Counted from the first letter of the stretch, positions 42,861 through 63,901 are shown. The stretch is 64,000 nt of DNA from the human T2T-CHM13v2.0 reference genome, Homo sapiens (GCF_009914755.1 NC_060947.1), one strand, 5' to 3'. The notes: generated by a model from the letters alone, not told the origin. Numbers and translations: made by a program.

Positions 42861-44130
42861 AGAAATCAAGATCTGGATGCTAGATATACTCATTGCTACT
42901 AGGGTGTTATAGGGTGTCATTGCCTGTAGGTCCCTCAATCAACAGCACAAGCAAAGCAAGGAGATATATGTGTGTATACAAACCCGTGTATATACATAGA
43001 TCTATAAATATTTCCATGTACAACTCTCTATATTTATACTAAAGTAAACATGAGTTTATATTGATGTCTCCAACTCTAATTCATTACCACATGGATCATT
43101 CTAGCCTCTTCCCCTTCCCTATCTGTAATCTCCCACTCCAACAGTGAGAAAACTGGCTCCCACCATTCACCCTCTATGTATTAATACTTAATTGTTCAAT
43201 TCCAGTGTACATGTATAGTGATTTTAAAATTGCTACTCCATACATCGCTGGGAAAAAAATTTATCAGTAGAGTACAGTGCTTATGTGCAGTTCCTTTTAC
43301 TTTTAACCTTACAGACCACTCATTTCCAAAATTGCTTAGGTCAATACCTTAGTCCCTTACTCCCTTTGGGTGGGGTTGCTTCATATATTTATAATAGATT
43401 GTTTTGTCACATTCTACATTCCATCCTGGAATCCCTCAAATTTCTAAATTATTAATTGCATAATTAAAGTTTATTCTTTGTATTGTAAAATTCTATGAGG
43501 TTTGACAACTTCTTAATGTGTTATATTCACCATGATAGTATCACACAGAATAGTTTTACTGACTTAAACAATCCCCTGTGCTTCACCAATACAACCCATT
43601 CCCATACTCCCCAAACATCTAACAACCACTATTTATTATCTTTATATAGTTTTGCCTTTTTCAGAATATCACACAATTGCCATCATACAATCTGTAGCTT
43701 TTTCGAACTGGCTTCTTTCACTTAACAACTTGCATTTAAGATTCATCCATGTCTTTTTGTGGCTTGACAATTCAATCCATTTTATCACTGAATATTTCAT
43801 TATATAAATGTACCACAGTTTGTTTATTCATTCACCTATTGAAAGACATCTTGGTTGCTTCCAGTTTTTGGCGATTATGAATAAATATGCTGTAAGCATT
43901 TACATGCAAGTTTTTGTGTAACATAAGCTTTCAAATGAGTTGGGTAAATACCTAGTAGTGCAATTATCAATCACATGGCATACTAGGTTTAGTTTTGTAA
44001 GAAACTGACAAACTGTTCTCCAAAGAAGCTGTATCATTTTACATTCCCACCAGGAATGAATGAGAGTTCTTATTGCTCTGCATACTGGCCATCAATTGGT
44101 ATTGTCAATTTAAAAAATTTTAGCCTTTCT

Positions 44131-48650
<4,520 letters not shown>

Positions 48651-49691
48651 AAAAAATTTTAGCCTTTCTAATAGGTGTGTAGTTGTATCTCATTATTTTC
48701 CTTTGCAATTCCCTAATGATAAATGATGTTGAGCATCTTTTTATATGCTTATTTGCCATCTGTGTAATCCCTTTTTGATGAAGTGTTCATTTATATCTTT
48801 TCCTGTTTTTAATTGGTTTGTTCCTTTTCTTATTACTGAGTTTTAAGAGTTCTTTACATATTTTGGATATGTAGCCTTTATCAGATATGTGCTTTGCAAA
48901 ATCCCTCAGTCTTGGGTTTGTCTTTTTATTTTTTCATTTTCCATTTGCAAAGCATAACATTTTAATTTTAATAAAATACAATTTAACAATCTTTATTGTT
49001 ATATTAGAAACTCATCACAAAACCCCAAGTTATGTGGATATTCTATTCTTTATATAAAAATTTTATAACTTTGTATATTACATTTAGATCTATAATCCAT
49101 TTTGAGTTACTTTTTATGTAAAGTCTGTGCCTAGGTTGATTTTTTTGCACATGAATGTTCAATTTTCCCAGCACTATTTGTTGAAAAGTCTATTCTTTCC
49201 CCCATTGAATTGTCTTTCCTCCTTTGTCAAAGATGAGTTGATTATATTTGTATGAGACTATTTCTGGACTCTGTATTCTGTTCCTTTCATCTATGTGTCT
49301 GTTCTTTCGCCAATATGATGCTGTCTTGATCACTGCAGACTTATAGTAAGTCTTATGTAGAGTAACATGAGTGCTACAACTTTATTCTTCTTTTACAGTG
49401 TTGTGCTGACTATTCTTGGTCTTTTGCTTTTCCATATAAACTGTAGAATTAGTTTCTTGATATTTATAAAATGGCCGCCAGGGTTTTCACTGGGATTATA
49501 TTGAATCTATAGATGTAGTTGGAAAGGATTAACATCTTAATAATTGAGTCTTCCAATCCATGAACATAGGCTATTTTTCCATTATTTAGATCTTCCTTGA
49601 TTTTCTTCATTAGCATTTTGTAGCTTTCTGCCTGCAAATCTTGTGCTTATTTTATTATATTTATCTCTAAGTATTTTAAATTCTAGGTGCT

Positions 49692-50170
<479 letters not shown>

Positions 50171-50883
50171 TGAGTAGAGAGAGTTTCAGTTTTTCTTTTC
50201 TAGTCTGTATATGTCTTATTTCGTTTTCTCATCTTATTTCATTAGTCAGAACCATGTTGAATAGGAGTGGTGATAGAGGACATGATTGCTTTGTTCCTGA
50301 TTTTAGGGGAAATCACCCAGTTTTTCATTATTGAGTATAATTCAGCTATACATTTTTTGGTAGATGTTCTTTAATTGAGTAAGTTTCCCTTTGTGCCTAG
50401 TTTGCTGAGAGTTTTTGGTATTGGATACCGATTGGAATCAGTATTGGATTTTGCCAAATGCTTTTTCTATATTAATTGATATAAATCTATGGTTTTTCTT
50501 CTTTAGACTGTTGATATGGTAGATTACATTGATTGATTTTTGAATGTTCAACCAGTCTTGCATACCTCTCTAAATCCCACTTCATTGTGGTAAATAATTT
50601 TTCATATACATTGTTGAATTTCATTTTTAATATTTTATTAAGGATATTTGTGTGTATGTTCATGAGAGACATTGGTCTGTAATTTTCTTTTCTTGTAATG
50701 CCTTTATTTGGTTTTTGTATTAGCATAATGTTGACCTCAGAGCATGTGTTAGGAAGTGTTACCTCTTCTATTTTTTGGAATAAATTCTAGAGAATCAGTA
50801 TTATTTCTTCCTTCAATATTTTAAAGAATTCACTGGTAAAACCATCCGAACTGAAGATTTCTTTTTTGGAAGGTTATTAATTC

Positions 50884-51481
<598 letters not shown>

Positions 51482-52702
51482 GTCTAAGGCCTGAACCAAA
51501 GCTGTAGTTACTGTTGAGTTTTAATAATATCTATTTTATCCTCTCTCAGGATGTTAATGATGGAATATAGATGGACTATTTTTAAGACATTCTAATACTT
51601 CCTCTTAAGAGAGAACCACATTGGCCACTATCAGAAAATAAGCCTTGGTAATAAAAAAAAAAACATAGTATGTGTGAGATTGTTTCTCATGTAGTAAATG
51701 TAAATTAATTTTATGGAATGTCACAAAATTTTCAAGAGGTGAATAAATCAAGTTGCGAAGTGGTAACTGGAAAATTACAGTTTTCTGTTACAAAGTAACT
51801 GCAACAGATTTAAATTGAGTCAGTATGCTCAAAGAACTGTAAAAGCAAAGCTATCTACTAGCAAAGTGACTTGACTTTGTTGCATTAAGCCATTTATTGT
51901 TAGCAAACATTTTCAATATGGCCTACTCATCAAATACAGTGGAGCAATCAGCTCTGTTAAACATCATCCCTGTCTGATGTTGGCTCCGTAAGGTTTTTGC
52001 CCCTTTTTGTATCAGTAGCTTTCCTTTTCCAGACCTGTCTCTGCTAGCCTTCAGAAAGCCCAAACACTATGAAACCAACAGGACATTGAACAGTGGTTCT
52101 AAAGTATCGATTTGCATTCAGCCAGGAATGCAAAAGACACAGCACAGGTAGCAGGAATCTGTTATTTCTGGCTCAGGGGTTCAGTAGCTCACAGGTGTCT
52201 TAGCCTCCATGAGGTTCCCCAAATCTTGCCAGCATACTATCAGCATCAAGAATGAGCTTCTTATTTTTGTTGTTCTCACCATTGTATCTCAGATACCAAG
52301 AAGAAATCATACTGTAAGTGGTTAAAAAATAACAGTTGGGTGGATGGATGAGTCAATGAACAAATTCATGCATGAATAAATGAAAAAAAATCAAGTTCTG
52401 TATTCTCAAGGATCTGTAGTCCTCCTGCCTGCTTAAGGGGCAAGCTCCAGGCCAAATTCTGAAGTCCAGAAGCTTTGTCTTTGATTTCTTCTCATCTCTT
52501 TTTCTTAGTGCCATCATGTCCCCATGAACTCTACCCTGTGTCCTATTCCCACATTATCTCCTAGTCCTTTGTGATAGTATTATTATTTCTATTATACAAC
52601 TATAAAAATAGAGGCTCAGAGAGAAACTCCGAGTTCTAATCTTGGCTCTGACTTTGTCCAACAGGATGATCTAGAATATCTCTCCTCAATCTTGAGACTC
52701 AT

Positions 52703-53265
52703 TTTTTTAACAGCTGTATTGAGGTACAATTGATATAAAAAGAGCTGCACATGCTTAATGTGTACAATTTGATGAGCTTGGTTATGTGTAAACACCTGTG
52801 ATACCATCACCATGGTCAAAGTAATAGACACATTCAACACCTCTCAGTTTCCTTATGTCTTTTTGGGTTTTTGTTTGTTTTTGTTGTTTGCTTTGTGTGT
52901 GGTAAGAACACTTCACATGAGATCTACTCTCTTAATAAATTTTGAAGTGCACAATACCATATTGTTAACTATAGGCGCTGAGTTGTGCAGCAGATCTCTA
53001 GAACTTATTCACTGAGCATAATTTGAAACATTATGGGCATTGAACAACTCCCCATTTCCCGAAACCCCAGGATCCTGGCAACCACGATTGTAGTCTCTGC
53101 TTTTATGAGTTTCACTATTATAGATACCTCATATAGAGTGGAATTGAGTATTTGTCCTTCTGTGACTGGCTTATTTTGCTTAGCATAATATCCTCCAGGT
53201 TCATCCATGTTGTCGCAAAAGACAAGATTTCCTTCTTTTTTAAAGCTGGATAATATTCCATTGTG
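52703..53265 (-). mobile_element. L1MA9-L1MB-type 3' fragment
   Basis: cagctgtattgaggtacaattgat...tgcagcagatctctagaacttattc...tccaggttcatccatgttgtcgcaaa. Confidence 0.8.
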
Positions 53266-53481
53266 TTACATGCTGGGACTCAGATTAATGCCTTCTATTC
53301 TGACATAGCTTGGATGACTGCCACTCAGCAGCTGTGTGGATATAGACAATTTTTTTTTGCCTTCCATTAGCCTTAGTTGCCTGACCTATGAGGTCTGAGT
53401 AAATACCTGATGGGGCAATTTATGTAATGGGTTTCTATTTATAAAAAAGTAAATAGATGAAACAAGGCTCATCAACCACTT

Positions 53482-53727
53482 AGCATAATGCCTAGCATAT
53501 GACAAATACTTCATAAACATTAGCCACTATCATTTTTATTATCTCCAAACTATCAAATTGTTGTCCTGCCTTTGCTGAAAAATAATACCTAGCATATGAA
53601 AAATACTTAATGATAATACCCAGCCTAATGCCAAGCATATGACAAATACTCAACAAACATTAACCATTATCATTTTTATTTTCTCCAAACCAACAAATTG
53701 TTGTCCTGTCTTTGCTGAAAAATAATA
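53482..53727. repeat. Diverged tandem duplication of 106 bp (period 140) between two oppositely oriented MIR fragments
   Basis: 53482-53587 vs 53622-53727, 11 mismatches by manual alignment; partial third copy at 53583-53608. Confidence 0.9.
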
Positions 53728-55689
53728 ATAATACTGAAATAATAAACAACTAGCAAGAATTGGCCAGGACATGTTCAAAGCTACTTACATATATTAGCTC
53801 ACCTGATTTTCACAATTATAATGTCCTCATTCTACACGTGAAGAGACAAAAACTCAAAATGTATAAGTAACTTGCCTAAAATCACAATGACTAAGTGGTA
53901 GAGTGGAGATTTGAAGGTGTATCTTTCTCGTTTCAAAGTATTTTCTCTTCCCACTATATTATAAAAAGTCTTCTATCACCAAAAGTCTATGACTTCCATT
54001 ATTTGATTTATAAAAATTTGTCAATTTAAAAAAATCCATCAAAGGCCAACTCGTGTACAGCTTGTGCTAGGTGCTATGGAGGGTACATGAGTAGGACATG
54101 GTCCTTAGCCTCTCATATGCTGGCAATATGAAATGAACATTTCATTCTGGCCAGTTTTCCTTGGCGTTCTTTTCTGCTATAATCCTAGAACTGAGTAGCC
54201 ATTTCTCTCATTCTCTCATTTTATAAACTGTTAGTTTAGAAATGTGTTTCTAAGAATCACATTTTCTAAATTAACAGTGCTAACAAAAGCTGATTATCTC
54301 ATCACAGTACATTGTCAGCATCTATGCTTCAGCTTTTTAATTAGCTTGAAATTATTATTACTAAGTGACCCTTTATGTAACAAACCATTTCAAAAAACAT
54401 TTGCTGACAACCTGCAATAAGCTAGATGGTGTCCAAAAAACCCCAACAAAACAACCTTAAAAGCCCACCCATGTTTCAGGGTTGTGGTTTTGTCTTTTTT
54501 TTTTAAGAAAGATTAAAACTTATAGGGGCTTCTCCCACTCTCCCATCTGTAAAAAGATCTGTTCTATGGAATGCCTGCTGTGATACATGGTGCTTGATGT
54601 ATAAGCTAATATAAAGTATAGGGTATGAGGAATGAGCTTGTTTTTCTAAAAATTAATTTAAAAAAATGGATTGAGAGATAACAATCAAATGGATTATGGT
54701 TTGAAGAAAATAGTCTGAGAAACTGAACTAACCAATCCACAGAAATCTTATACTTACTGTTTACATGAAACACATTTTTAAATCGCTTTTTATACTACCA
54801 AAAATTTATGGCAACGCTTCCTTTGTACCCCCTGCTCTCATCCAAATGAAGAGACATTAGCATAATAAAAATACTTGCGCAATTTTTATTGAATTTGTTC
54901 TCATTTCTCATGCTTCTGGTTTCTGTGGTTTCAGAAATCAAAAAAATGAAAGGTTTAATCACATTATTTTCACATTGATCAGGAAAGAGGAATATGTATA
55001 AAAGGTTTTTATGTAGAAACTGCCCCATCTACCTCCCTGCTCAGAGTATTCCAAAATTTATATTTTAAATCAGGGCAGATACTTTGTTAACTAAAAAGTG
55101 TCTTTCCATCTCAGAGGCTGTCAAAAACCAGATCCTTCTGACTTTACCAAGATCCCTGCTCTTCAACTAGTCTCTCCATTATTAACTACTGTTTCCTCTC
55201 TAACCAAGCCAGTAGGTTGCTTAGGTTAAACTTGTTGCTTAGGTTATTTGAAGCTATCATTCTCTCTAACAGATGACCACTAAATTGTTCTGAGATCAGC
55301 TGGGTAATAGATGACTGAAAGTTTGAGCTGTGAATGAAATTCTGCTCAAACCACTTGTTGATAAAAAGTCAACTACTTTCATTAACAGATGAGGACTCAC
55401 AAACATTAATAGATGGAGACTCATAATCATCACCTATGCTTTAATCAACATTTCCACACCCAATTATTCTAACATTATAAAGAAATTTCAAAGCTATGGG
55501 GGTGGTTGAGAAACCCACTGACCTAATCCTGAGGGTTGTTCTCTGTGGAAAACCATGCCTCTCTTTCTACATCTTCTTTGCCCTCATATTAATGTCTTTG
55601 CAGTCCAGTGATTTATAGCTCATAGACTAGACCACACCCATAGACCACTCAACTCTGCCCTTTTCCTGCCTTGTGCAAGGTTGTTCATT

Positions 55690-56035
55690 CACATTTATCA
55701 AATTTCCAAATGACCAGCTAGGTGAGTGATGGTGTGTGCAACAGAAAAAGAATTGCAAAAGATCTTGAAAGGTTGAGGTGACTGGGCTCAGTCAGAGCAG
55801 ATGAAATGCAACAAGAATATATGTAAGCTTCCTCACTCTGGCCTGAATAACTCAACTGTGCAGGCTTGGAGTGAAGGGGTCAGAGCTTTTCAGGAATATG
55901 TATAGTCAAAGGTGTAGGAGTTAATAGAAGCGTAAGATCTAGTGTCTTTTGTTTGGTCTCTGACTGCTTCACTGTATGGAATTTTGACTTAGAAAAGAAA
56001 AGAAAGAACTTGGAATGTGTTCAGAGGGAGATGAA
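55690..56035 (+). mobile_element. L3/CR1 LINE ORF2 C-terminal fragment
   Basis: Decayed CR1 motifs: TFIKFPND (cf. LIKFADD), KDLERL (cf. QRDLDRL), atgtaagcttcctcactctgg (cf. KCKVLHLG), ttggaatgtgttcagagg (cf. LERVQR). Confidence 0.65.
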
Positions 56036-56469
56036 GAAAAGGCAAGATAAAATAAAAGAAGAAGGAAATGAGCAAAGGGAAAGATGGGGGAAAAGAAAAA
56101 GGAGAACCATAGCAGACAATCTGTCTTCTAGTATCTGAAACAGAGGATCAGAAATTCAGTCTCGGAATTCAGGCCTTTCAGCCTATCTCCATCCCATCTC
56201 TTCCCTGCCAAGCCCCTCACATGTCAAGAACTGGAAGAGTGTTCAGTTCAGGCAGTTTAGATGGCAAAATAAAGAGTAAATAAAGGATAAATATCCTTGG
56301 TTGAGGAGAGCAGTCTCTAATAACACATGGATTCTGTCTTGTAATGTTTTCCAAAAGAAAAAAAAGGTCACGTTCTCTGATTTTCTCATAGAGTGGGAAA
56401 GTATAACCACTGTATCAACACAGCAGACTTTAATGGACCTGACATATCGTTTTAAGAACCTCGAAACAA

Positions 56470-56884
<415 letters not shown>

Positions 56885-56892
56885 TCAGTCTA

Positions 56893-57294
<402 letters not shown>

Positions 57295-57357
57295 TCAGTA
57301 TCCCTTGATTTTCTTTTTGAGCTCCAACTTTTTAAACTACTGTAAAGACACTCATCT

Positions 57358-57670
<313 letters not shown>

Positions 57671-58039
57671 TTAAATCATATTGAGTTTTACTTTTAAACT
57701 GCATTACTTTGATCTCATTTTGAATTCTTAAAACTTTTAAGAAGGAATAATGGTGGTGGGTGTTAGCAGTATGGGATAACAGATATTGAAATGATGCCTC
57801 ACATTTGGGTTACATTTTTAACTTTTCAAAAGACTTTCATATCTTTTCATTTAATTTTTTTTAAATCCCTGGAAATTCACAGAAAGGAGACCAAACTTTG
57901 AAAAGGATGGAATAGAAGGCACTGAAAAGTCAAGTGGCTCATCTTTACAATCCCGGTTGGCCAACTTGAAACTCAAGTCCCTTAAAATTATTCCACTGTA
58001 TTTCTTGAAGTGTAGCCCTCACAATGTTACCGTGTAATA

Positions 58040-58203
58040 TTTTCTGTAGAAAAGGAGACCATGGTTAAAGAAGGACATGCTTCAATATATAATCACCTTA
58101 GAGATTCACAATGACATGGTCATATTAAAGGTTCTGAGAAGTTCTATATTAAAGAAACATGTTTAACTTTGTCCTGTGAAACACACTGGAAAAATTGCTC
58201 TAG
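58040..58203. mobile_element. hAT-Charlie MITE fragment
   Basis: catattaaaggttctgagaagttctatattaaagaaacatgtttaactttg...acacactggaaaaattgctcta. Confidence 0.5.
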
Positions 58204-59867
58204 ATTTGTGCTGCTTTTGCAATGGGCTAGGTCTAAATTCCCTAACTTCTATGCAAAATAGTACCAAGATAAAGCAGAACAAGTTGAACACCAAAGAGTT
58301 TACTCCAATCTGGACATCAAAAAACTTAGAACAGTATTTCATTGCTTATGCCTGAAGTGAGATTTTCTTTTTATGGATCTCATTAAATGATGTGGTTCAA
58401 ATCATTCATAACAAATGCTAAGAGACTGTTTTAGCACATTTCAATATGTCAAATTGTACTTGGCATTAGGCCAAGAACAGGACAATTTTTCTGTGTTTTC
58501 AAAGAGGTTGGTTGGTTGGTTGTAGGGATTTAAGACTTAATGCTTTTATGCAATGGTATGTTGAGATGTAGTGATTGGAAATGTTTTTGGGAAAACACTG
58601 CCTTTTCCATAGAGCAAGTTTGGTACTTTTTTGAAGTCTAGTCATGCCTTTTTTTTAGTTTTGTGTTTTGTTTTAGATTTATTTTTTCCTACACATATTG
58701 TTGGATATAAAAAAAGAAAATTTCTGTTTTCCTTAGGCATATGATGCACTTAAGTATGAAGAGGTTTGAAAAAGAAGAAAATTGCTGTCCATTACCTTTT
58801 GGATTGGACAAGGGTTCTCGGAAAGCTATTTCAGTTAATAAAATGACTCAGAAGCTTTTTATTTCTAGCTATTTTTTTTTTAATAAAAAATGGCTTTTCC
58901 TCTTCTACCTAGAAAAAGACATCAAGGCTTTTCAAAACTATCTTATTGTTGAACCAGTGGCTTTTGTCCTTGAAGAGTAATGGATTGCTTGTTTCTTGGA
59001 GTCTTCCTGGAAGAGGAAGGGAATGGATGTCCAGGGCAAGTTAAATATACAGGATTCGAGCCCTGTTGACTTAAATAGAATGTTAGTTTCTGGTCAAGAG
59101 TTCTCTTGGCTCCACAGAGTGTTAGATGCCTTCCCAAAGAGAAGGTAACCATCCCTTACCCTATTAGCTGGGGGCTGGGAGTTCAGGAGAAGCAATGGAT
59201 ATTATCAGAGAAGCAAACTACATTCTTAGCTAGCTATGCTTCTGTTATTATCTGTAGAAACCTTGGACATCCAATCCCCCAGGGAATCAGCAAGACCTTT
59301 TAGTACTCATTCTAAATAAACCAACCTGCTGAATGTAGGGAAGTTACTTCTGTTAGAAAACCTCAGCCCTTAATTTGGCTCTTTTATTTTCCTTCCACAG
59401 TACAGAAATATTTCCAAAACCTGAAGTGGTTCTGATTAGTGGTGAAGTAAAGAAGCCTTCAGCTCCAATTAAAATGGGCATTAAGTCATTTTGTGTGGTA
59501 ATGGCTTCAGTATAAAAGCAAGTTAAATTTCTCTTCATTTTTGACCATGAATTTGGCTCTTGAATTATTCTATTCACCAGCAATGTTGGCACAGCTTTCT
59601 GGGCTGCCTGCGGAGGAGGTGTTCATGGGCTTCCCAATTAACACCCTGTTAAGCTGCACACCTGTGGTGAAATTACCCTCAGATCACAATATTGAAGTTT
59701 TGAATCTCATGACACCTATATTATTGTCCTGAAAGTCAGACTTAAAATTATATAAAATTATTCCTGGTGTCCTTTCAAAGGCAGTTTGTTTCTATGGTAT
59801 TCTTGTGGAGCAGTCAAGGGTAGAGGTGTATGTGGGGGAGTCACACAGCAATTTATTTATTCATTAT

Positions 59868-60262
59868 GAACTTTATTGAGGTATAGCTCACATACCATAA
59901 AATTCACCCATTTTAAATGTTCCAAGTCAATTATTGTTAGTATATTTACAGACTTTTGCAACCACCATCAAAATCCAATTTTAGAACATTTCCATCACCC
60001 CAAAAAGAAACCAGTACCCATTAGCCATCACTTTCCATTCCCAAACCCAGCCCTAGGCAACCAACAATCTGCTTTCTGTCATACAGATTTGCCTTTTCTG
60101 AACATTTCATAGCATGGTCAAATTCCATTCCATACAAATGGAGTCATGCAAGATGTGGTCCTGTTTATCATTAGTCTACAGACATTTCGGTTATTTCTAT
60201 ATTTTGGCTATTATGTGTAATGCTGACATGAACACTCACATATACAGATTTGTGTGGACATA
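59868..60262 (-). mobile_element. L1MB-type 3' UTR fragment
   Basis: ctttattgaggtatagctcacataccataaaattcacccattttaaatgt...ttagaacatttccatcaccccaaaaagaaacc. Confidence 0.85.
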
Positions 60263-61407
60263 ACAATTTATATTTAATATACCAAAATCAAATTAAAACT
60301 CAGCTTAGATCTCCAGCCAGAACACTATTATTAGTGGAGCTGTGGGGGACTGTGACATTTTCAGAGTAAATGGTAGTTACAGTAAAGTGCTGATAATCAG
60401 AACACTAATTAATTTGAAAATTCATATAAATTCCCAAAGATTTTATAAAAATTTGGAGTTTTATGAGAATTTTTAGGTCATGCCTTTTCCATGTCCACTA
60501 GCAAAAAGCTAGCAAAAAGCTAATTTTCCAATGGCTATAAGGTACAGGGCTGTGAAGGTTAGCGTGTGTGCCAGCCTGAGTTCTGGGGACTGGTCTGGGA
60601 TTCAAGAGTTCTCTATGCCTTTTCTATAGCCTTCTGTGCTACTCTGGGAAAATCTTTTGAGGCATACTCCTCAGTTTCATTTTTTACAAAATGGGGACAA
60701 ATGATTCCCATACAAATCCCAAGGTGGTTATAAGGTTAAGCATTTTCCAGGCATTTAAAGCACCTCAAATGAAATAGAAATATACTATATAAGTGTAAAA
60801 AATTTGGTTGGCAAAGATGAAAGGAAGGTTTAGTCAGCCTTTTGTTCTTTCTGGAAAACCTAAAAAATAGATAAAACCACAGAGTTTAATTTTGTACATT
60901 TGCGCTGGCAAGAATGTGATATTCATTTCCTCCATGGCCAAAAATGTTCATGGTTCCAGTAATGTTAAGCCCTTGATTGGAGGAACTGTTTTTCTGAGCT
61001 CCCCAAAGATTTGCTAACTGCATTCTAACATGAAATCCTTTTACCTTCTCATCCCAATACAGCAACTATTTGGTTTAGAGCAGAAAAGGAAAAAAGTTAC
61101 ATAGAAGGAAATTAACCCAGTAAATAATTAACAAGCAAGTCCTCATTGAATGAGATACAAGGTGTTTCTGCCCTTAAGGAAGTTACTATTCTGATGGGGT
61201 TCAAAGACAATTAACAAGACAGAAACTATGCCTTATTTCCTTTGGTATCCAGAATGGTATCTGCCCTATTGAAGATAATTTTTAAAAAGTGGTAAACCTT
61301 TAATTCTCATAAAGATGTAAAAATTAGCACATTTTTAGGGTTTGATTTAACTCATAATGAGGGGCAAGGCAGATGTTATAACCAATTCAAAGGAGAATAC
61401 AAAGAAC

Positions 61408-61408
<1 letters not shown>

Positions 61409-61450
<42 letters not shown>

Positions 61451-61475
61451 TATATACACACATATATATATATAT
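61409..61475. repeat. Compound (TA)n/(CA)n microsatellite
   Basis: Direct inspection. Confidence 0.97.
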
Positions 61476-61690
61476 TTCAGGAATATTGAAATGAATGTGC
61501 AAATGGAGACGAAACTGACGTCTTCCACTGTAGGAGAGGGGAGTCAATTAAACCCCTACCAGAGAACAGAATTTGCATGTCTATAAATAAGAATTATTTT
61601 GCATTGCTATCAGTTATCTATAATTTAGGGAGCTACAAAATAGCTCCCATAAAATCAGAATCAGATAACCTGAAGGAGTGTCAGCTAGAC

Positions 61691-61916
61691 CAGAGGGTCA
61701 GCAAACTAAGGCTCTCAGATGAAATCTAGCCCCATGCCTGTTTTTGTAAATAAAGTTTTATTTGAACACAGACATGCCTACTCAGTTATGTATTCTGTAT
61801 GGCTGCTTTTACACTATAATGCTAGAGTGGAGTAGTTGCGACAGAGACACTACGGCCTTCAAAGCCTAAAATATTTATGACCTTGTTCTTTTGCAGAAAA
61901 AGTTTGATGACCCCTT
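61691..61916. mobile_element. MER58A hAT-Charlie MITE
   Basis: TIRs cagagggtcagcaaact / agtttgatgacccctt; core tttttgtaaataaagttttatttgaacacag; flanks ctagac / ccagac. Confidence 0.88.
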
Positions 61917-63015
61917 CTCCAGACAATGCATGTTTTCCATTGAGACACAGTTTTTCTGTATAGTCTCTAGAGTGCTCAGAAAATATTTTTAAAGTTAATG
62001 GATAAAATAATTAATCAGACAATAAAAGCTAGAATTTAAAGAAGGAAATTGATAAAGGTCTGTAAGAGTTTATGGAAGAGGAGGGCAGGAATTTGACTTT
62101 GAATAAGATTGGGATAATGTCAGGGTACAAGGGCAGTTCTAGACAGGGACAAAGGCATGTGAAGAGATGGGATGACCCAGCCTGTTAAATGTCCAGGCTA
62201 GTTGGAAGTGAAGGGTTGGACTGGTTCTATGATAGGAGTTAAGAGGTATGTCATTTATACACAAATTTTCAAATAAAGAGCTGGCTGTGTCCCCAGTTGC
62301 TTTCTTAGTGTGGAATCAGCCTGTGGGCACCTACAGTTAAATAGTGTGGTTTGAGGTGTCCTGATGCCTCCTCACAAAAGATTTTATGGATTCACCAGAC
62401 TGTCCTAGTGTCTGAACTTTCCAAATCTAGTCACTCCTCTGGTTGGACCATATTGGAGGCAGCTGTTCAAATGTCAATGGCATCCATCTTGAAAGAATAA
62501 GTTATATAACCCTACTGGTCATTAACACCATAGCTCCTATTAGATGATTAGGTTCCTCAGAATAAGAAGAACTCCACCTAGAGGGAGGCCCCAATCAAGA
62601 TGCCACTTTGAATTTTGGCCAGTTTGGTTCTGCACCACAAAATACTTTGGGATATGGGAAAGGAGTGTCTTCAAAGCATCCATCATGCAAATACCTGTAG
62701 CTGGTAGACAGTTTTGCCCGTAAAGGTTTCAATGAAGAGCTTTAGGATAGGATTCTACCTAACTTGGCTGGAAGCTTAAGGCCATTCTCCTGAAATCATA
62801 CCTCTATGAGTCTCTTTGAAGTTCTCTGTTTCTCTGGCACATTTTTGCTTTAATTGGCTCTCAGAAGAGGAAAGAAGAAATCTAGGAGCATGAAACCCTG
62901 TCTCACAGAAGGAGCTGGTAGAGACTGTCCTCCCAGAGGTGGGGTTTCTTTGCTAAGTGGCTCTTCAAAAGAGAGGAAGGAACTGGCAAAGGAGGATGCA
63001 ACTTCCTGAAATGCT

Positions 63016-63398
63016 TGTATTAGTCTCTTCTCACACTGCTATAAGAACTACCTGAGACTGGGTAATTTATGAAGAAAAGAGGTTTAATTAACTCACAGTT
63101 CTGCAGGCTTAACAGGAAGCATGGCTGGGAGGCCTCAGGAAACTTACAACCGTGGCGGAAAGCGAAGGGGAAGTAAGCACGTCTTACCATGGCAAAGCAG
63201 GAGAGAGAGAGCAAAGGGAGAAGTGCCATACACTTTTAAACTATCAGATCTCATGAGAACTCACTTATTGTTATGAGAACAGCAAGGGGGAAATCCGCCC
63301 CCAAGATCCAATTACCTCCCACCAGGCACCTCCCCTGACACGTGGAGATAACAATTCAATATGAGATTTCAGTGGGGACACCGAGCCAAACCATATCA
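63016..63398 (-). mobile_element. THE1D-like MaLR solo LTR
   Basis: tgtattagtc ... ccaaaccatatca, 383 bp; TSD (a/c)tgct 63011-63015 / 63399-63403. Confidence 0.92.
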
Positions 63399-63775
63399 CT
63401 GCTTCTCCCATTTCACTCCTCTTTCTTCTCACTTGCTCAGTATTTCCCATAGTGCTCAGCTCTCTAAGTTGATTCATATGTTTGGTCTGCAGCTTTTGGG
63501 GACATTCTAGATACATATGAAATTAGTTCACCAATAAGTACTGTGCTACAGGGTGTGGTGCATACAGGTATGAGACTAGCCCCTGCCCTCAAGGTGTGTG
63601 CAGGAGGAAGCAAGACACAAACATGTGAAGACATCACTAATAAGTATGACAAGAATTTTTATTAATATTGTGGAATTCCTATACTTGGAACTCACCAGAT
63701 GCCTTAATCATGAGTTAAGTTTTTCATCAAAAGATGAAAAACTAATATTTGAGAAAGCTTAATCATCCTCTAGAT

Positions 63776-63900
63776 CAGCAGTTCTCAACCCTGGCTGCTT
63801 ATTAGAGTCACATAAGAGGCTTTTTCAAAATGCCTTACCTTAACCCAGATATTCTGCTACAGTTGAATTGTGGTAGAACCCAGGTATTAGTATTTTGAAA
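63776..63900. mobile_element. MER5-like MITE, interrupted by an Alu
   Basis: cagcagttctcaaccctggctgcttattagagtcac. Confidence 0.75.
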
Positions 63901-63901
63901 C

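Noticed and set aside
53482-53727. CRISPR-like repeat array
   Set aside because: Eukaryotic DNA, only two long diverged copies, no regular repeat-spacer structure and no cas genes
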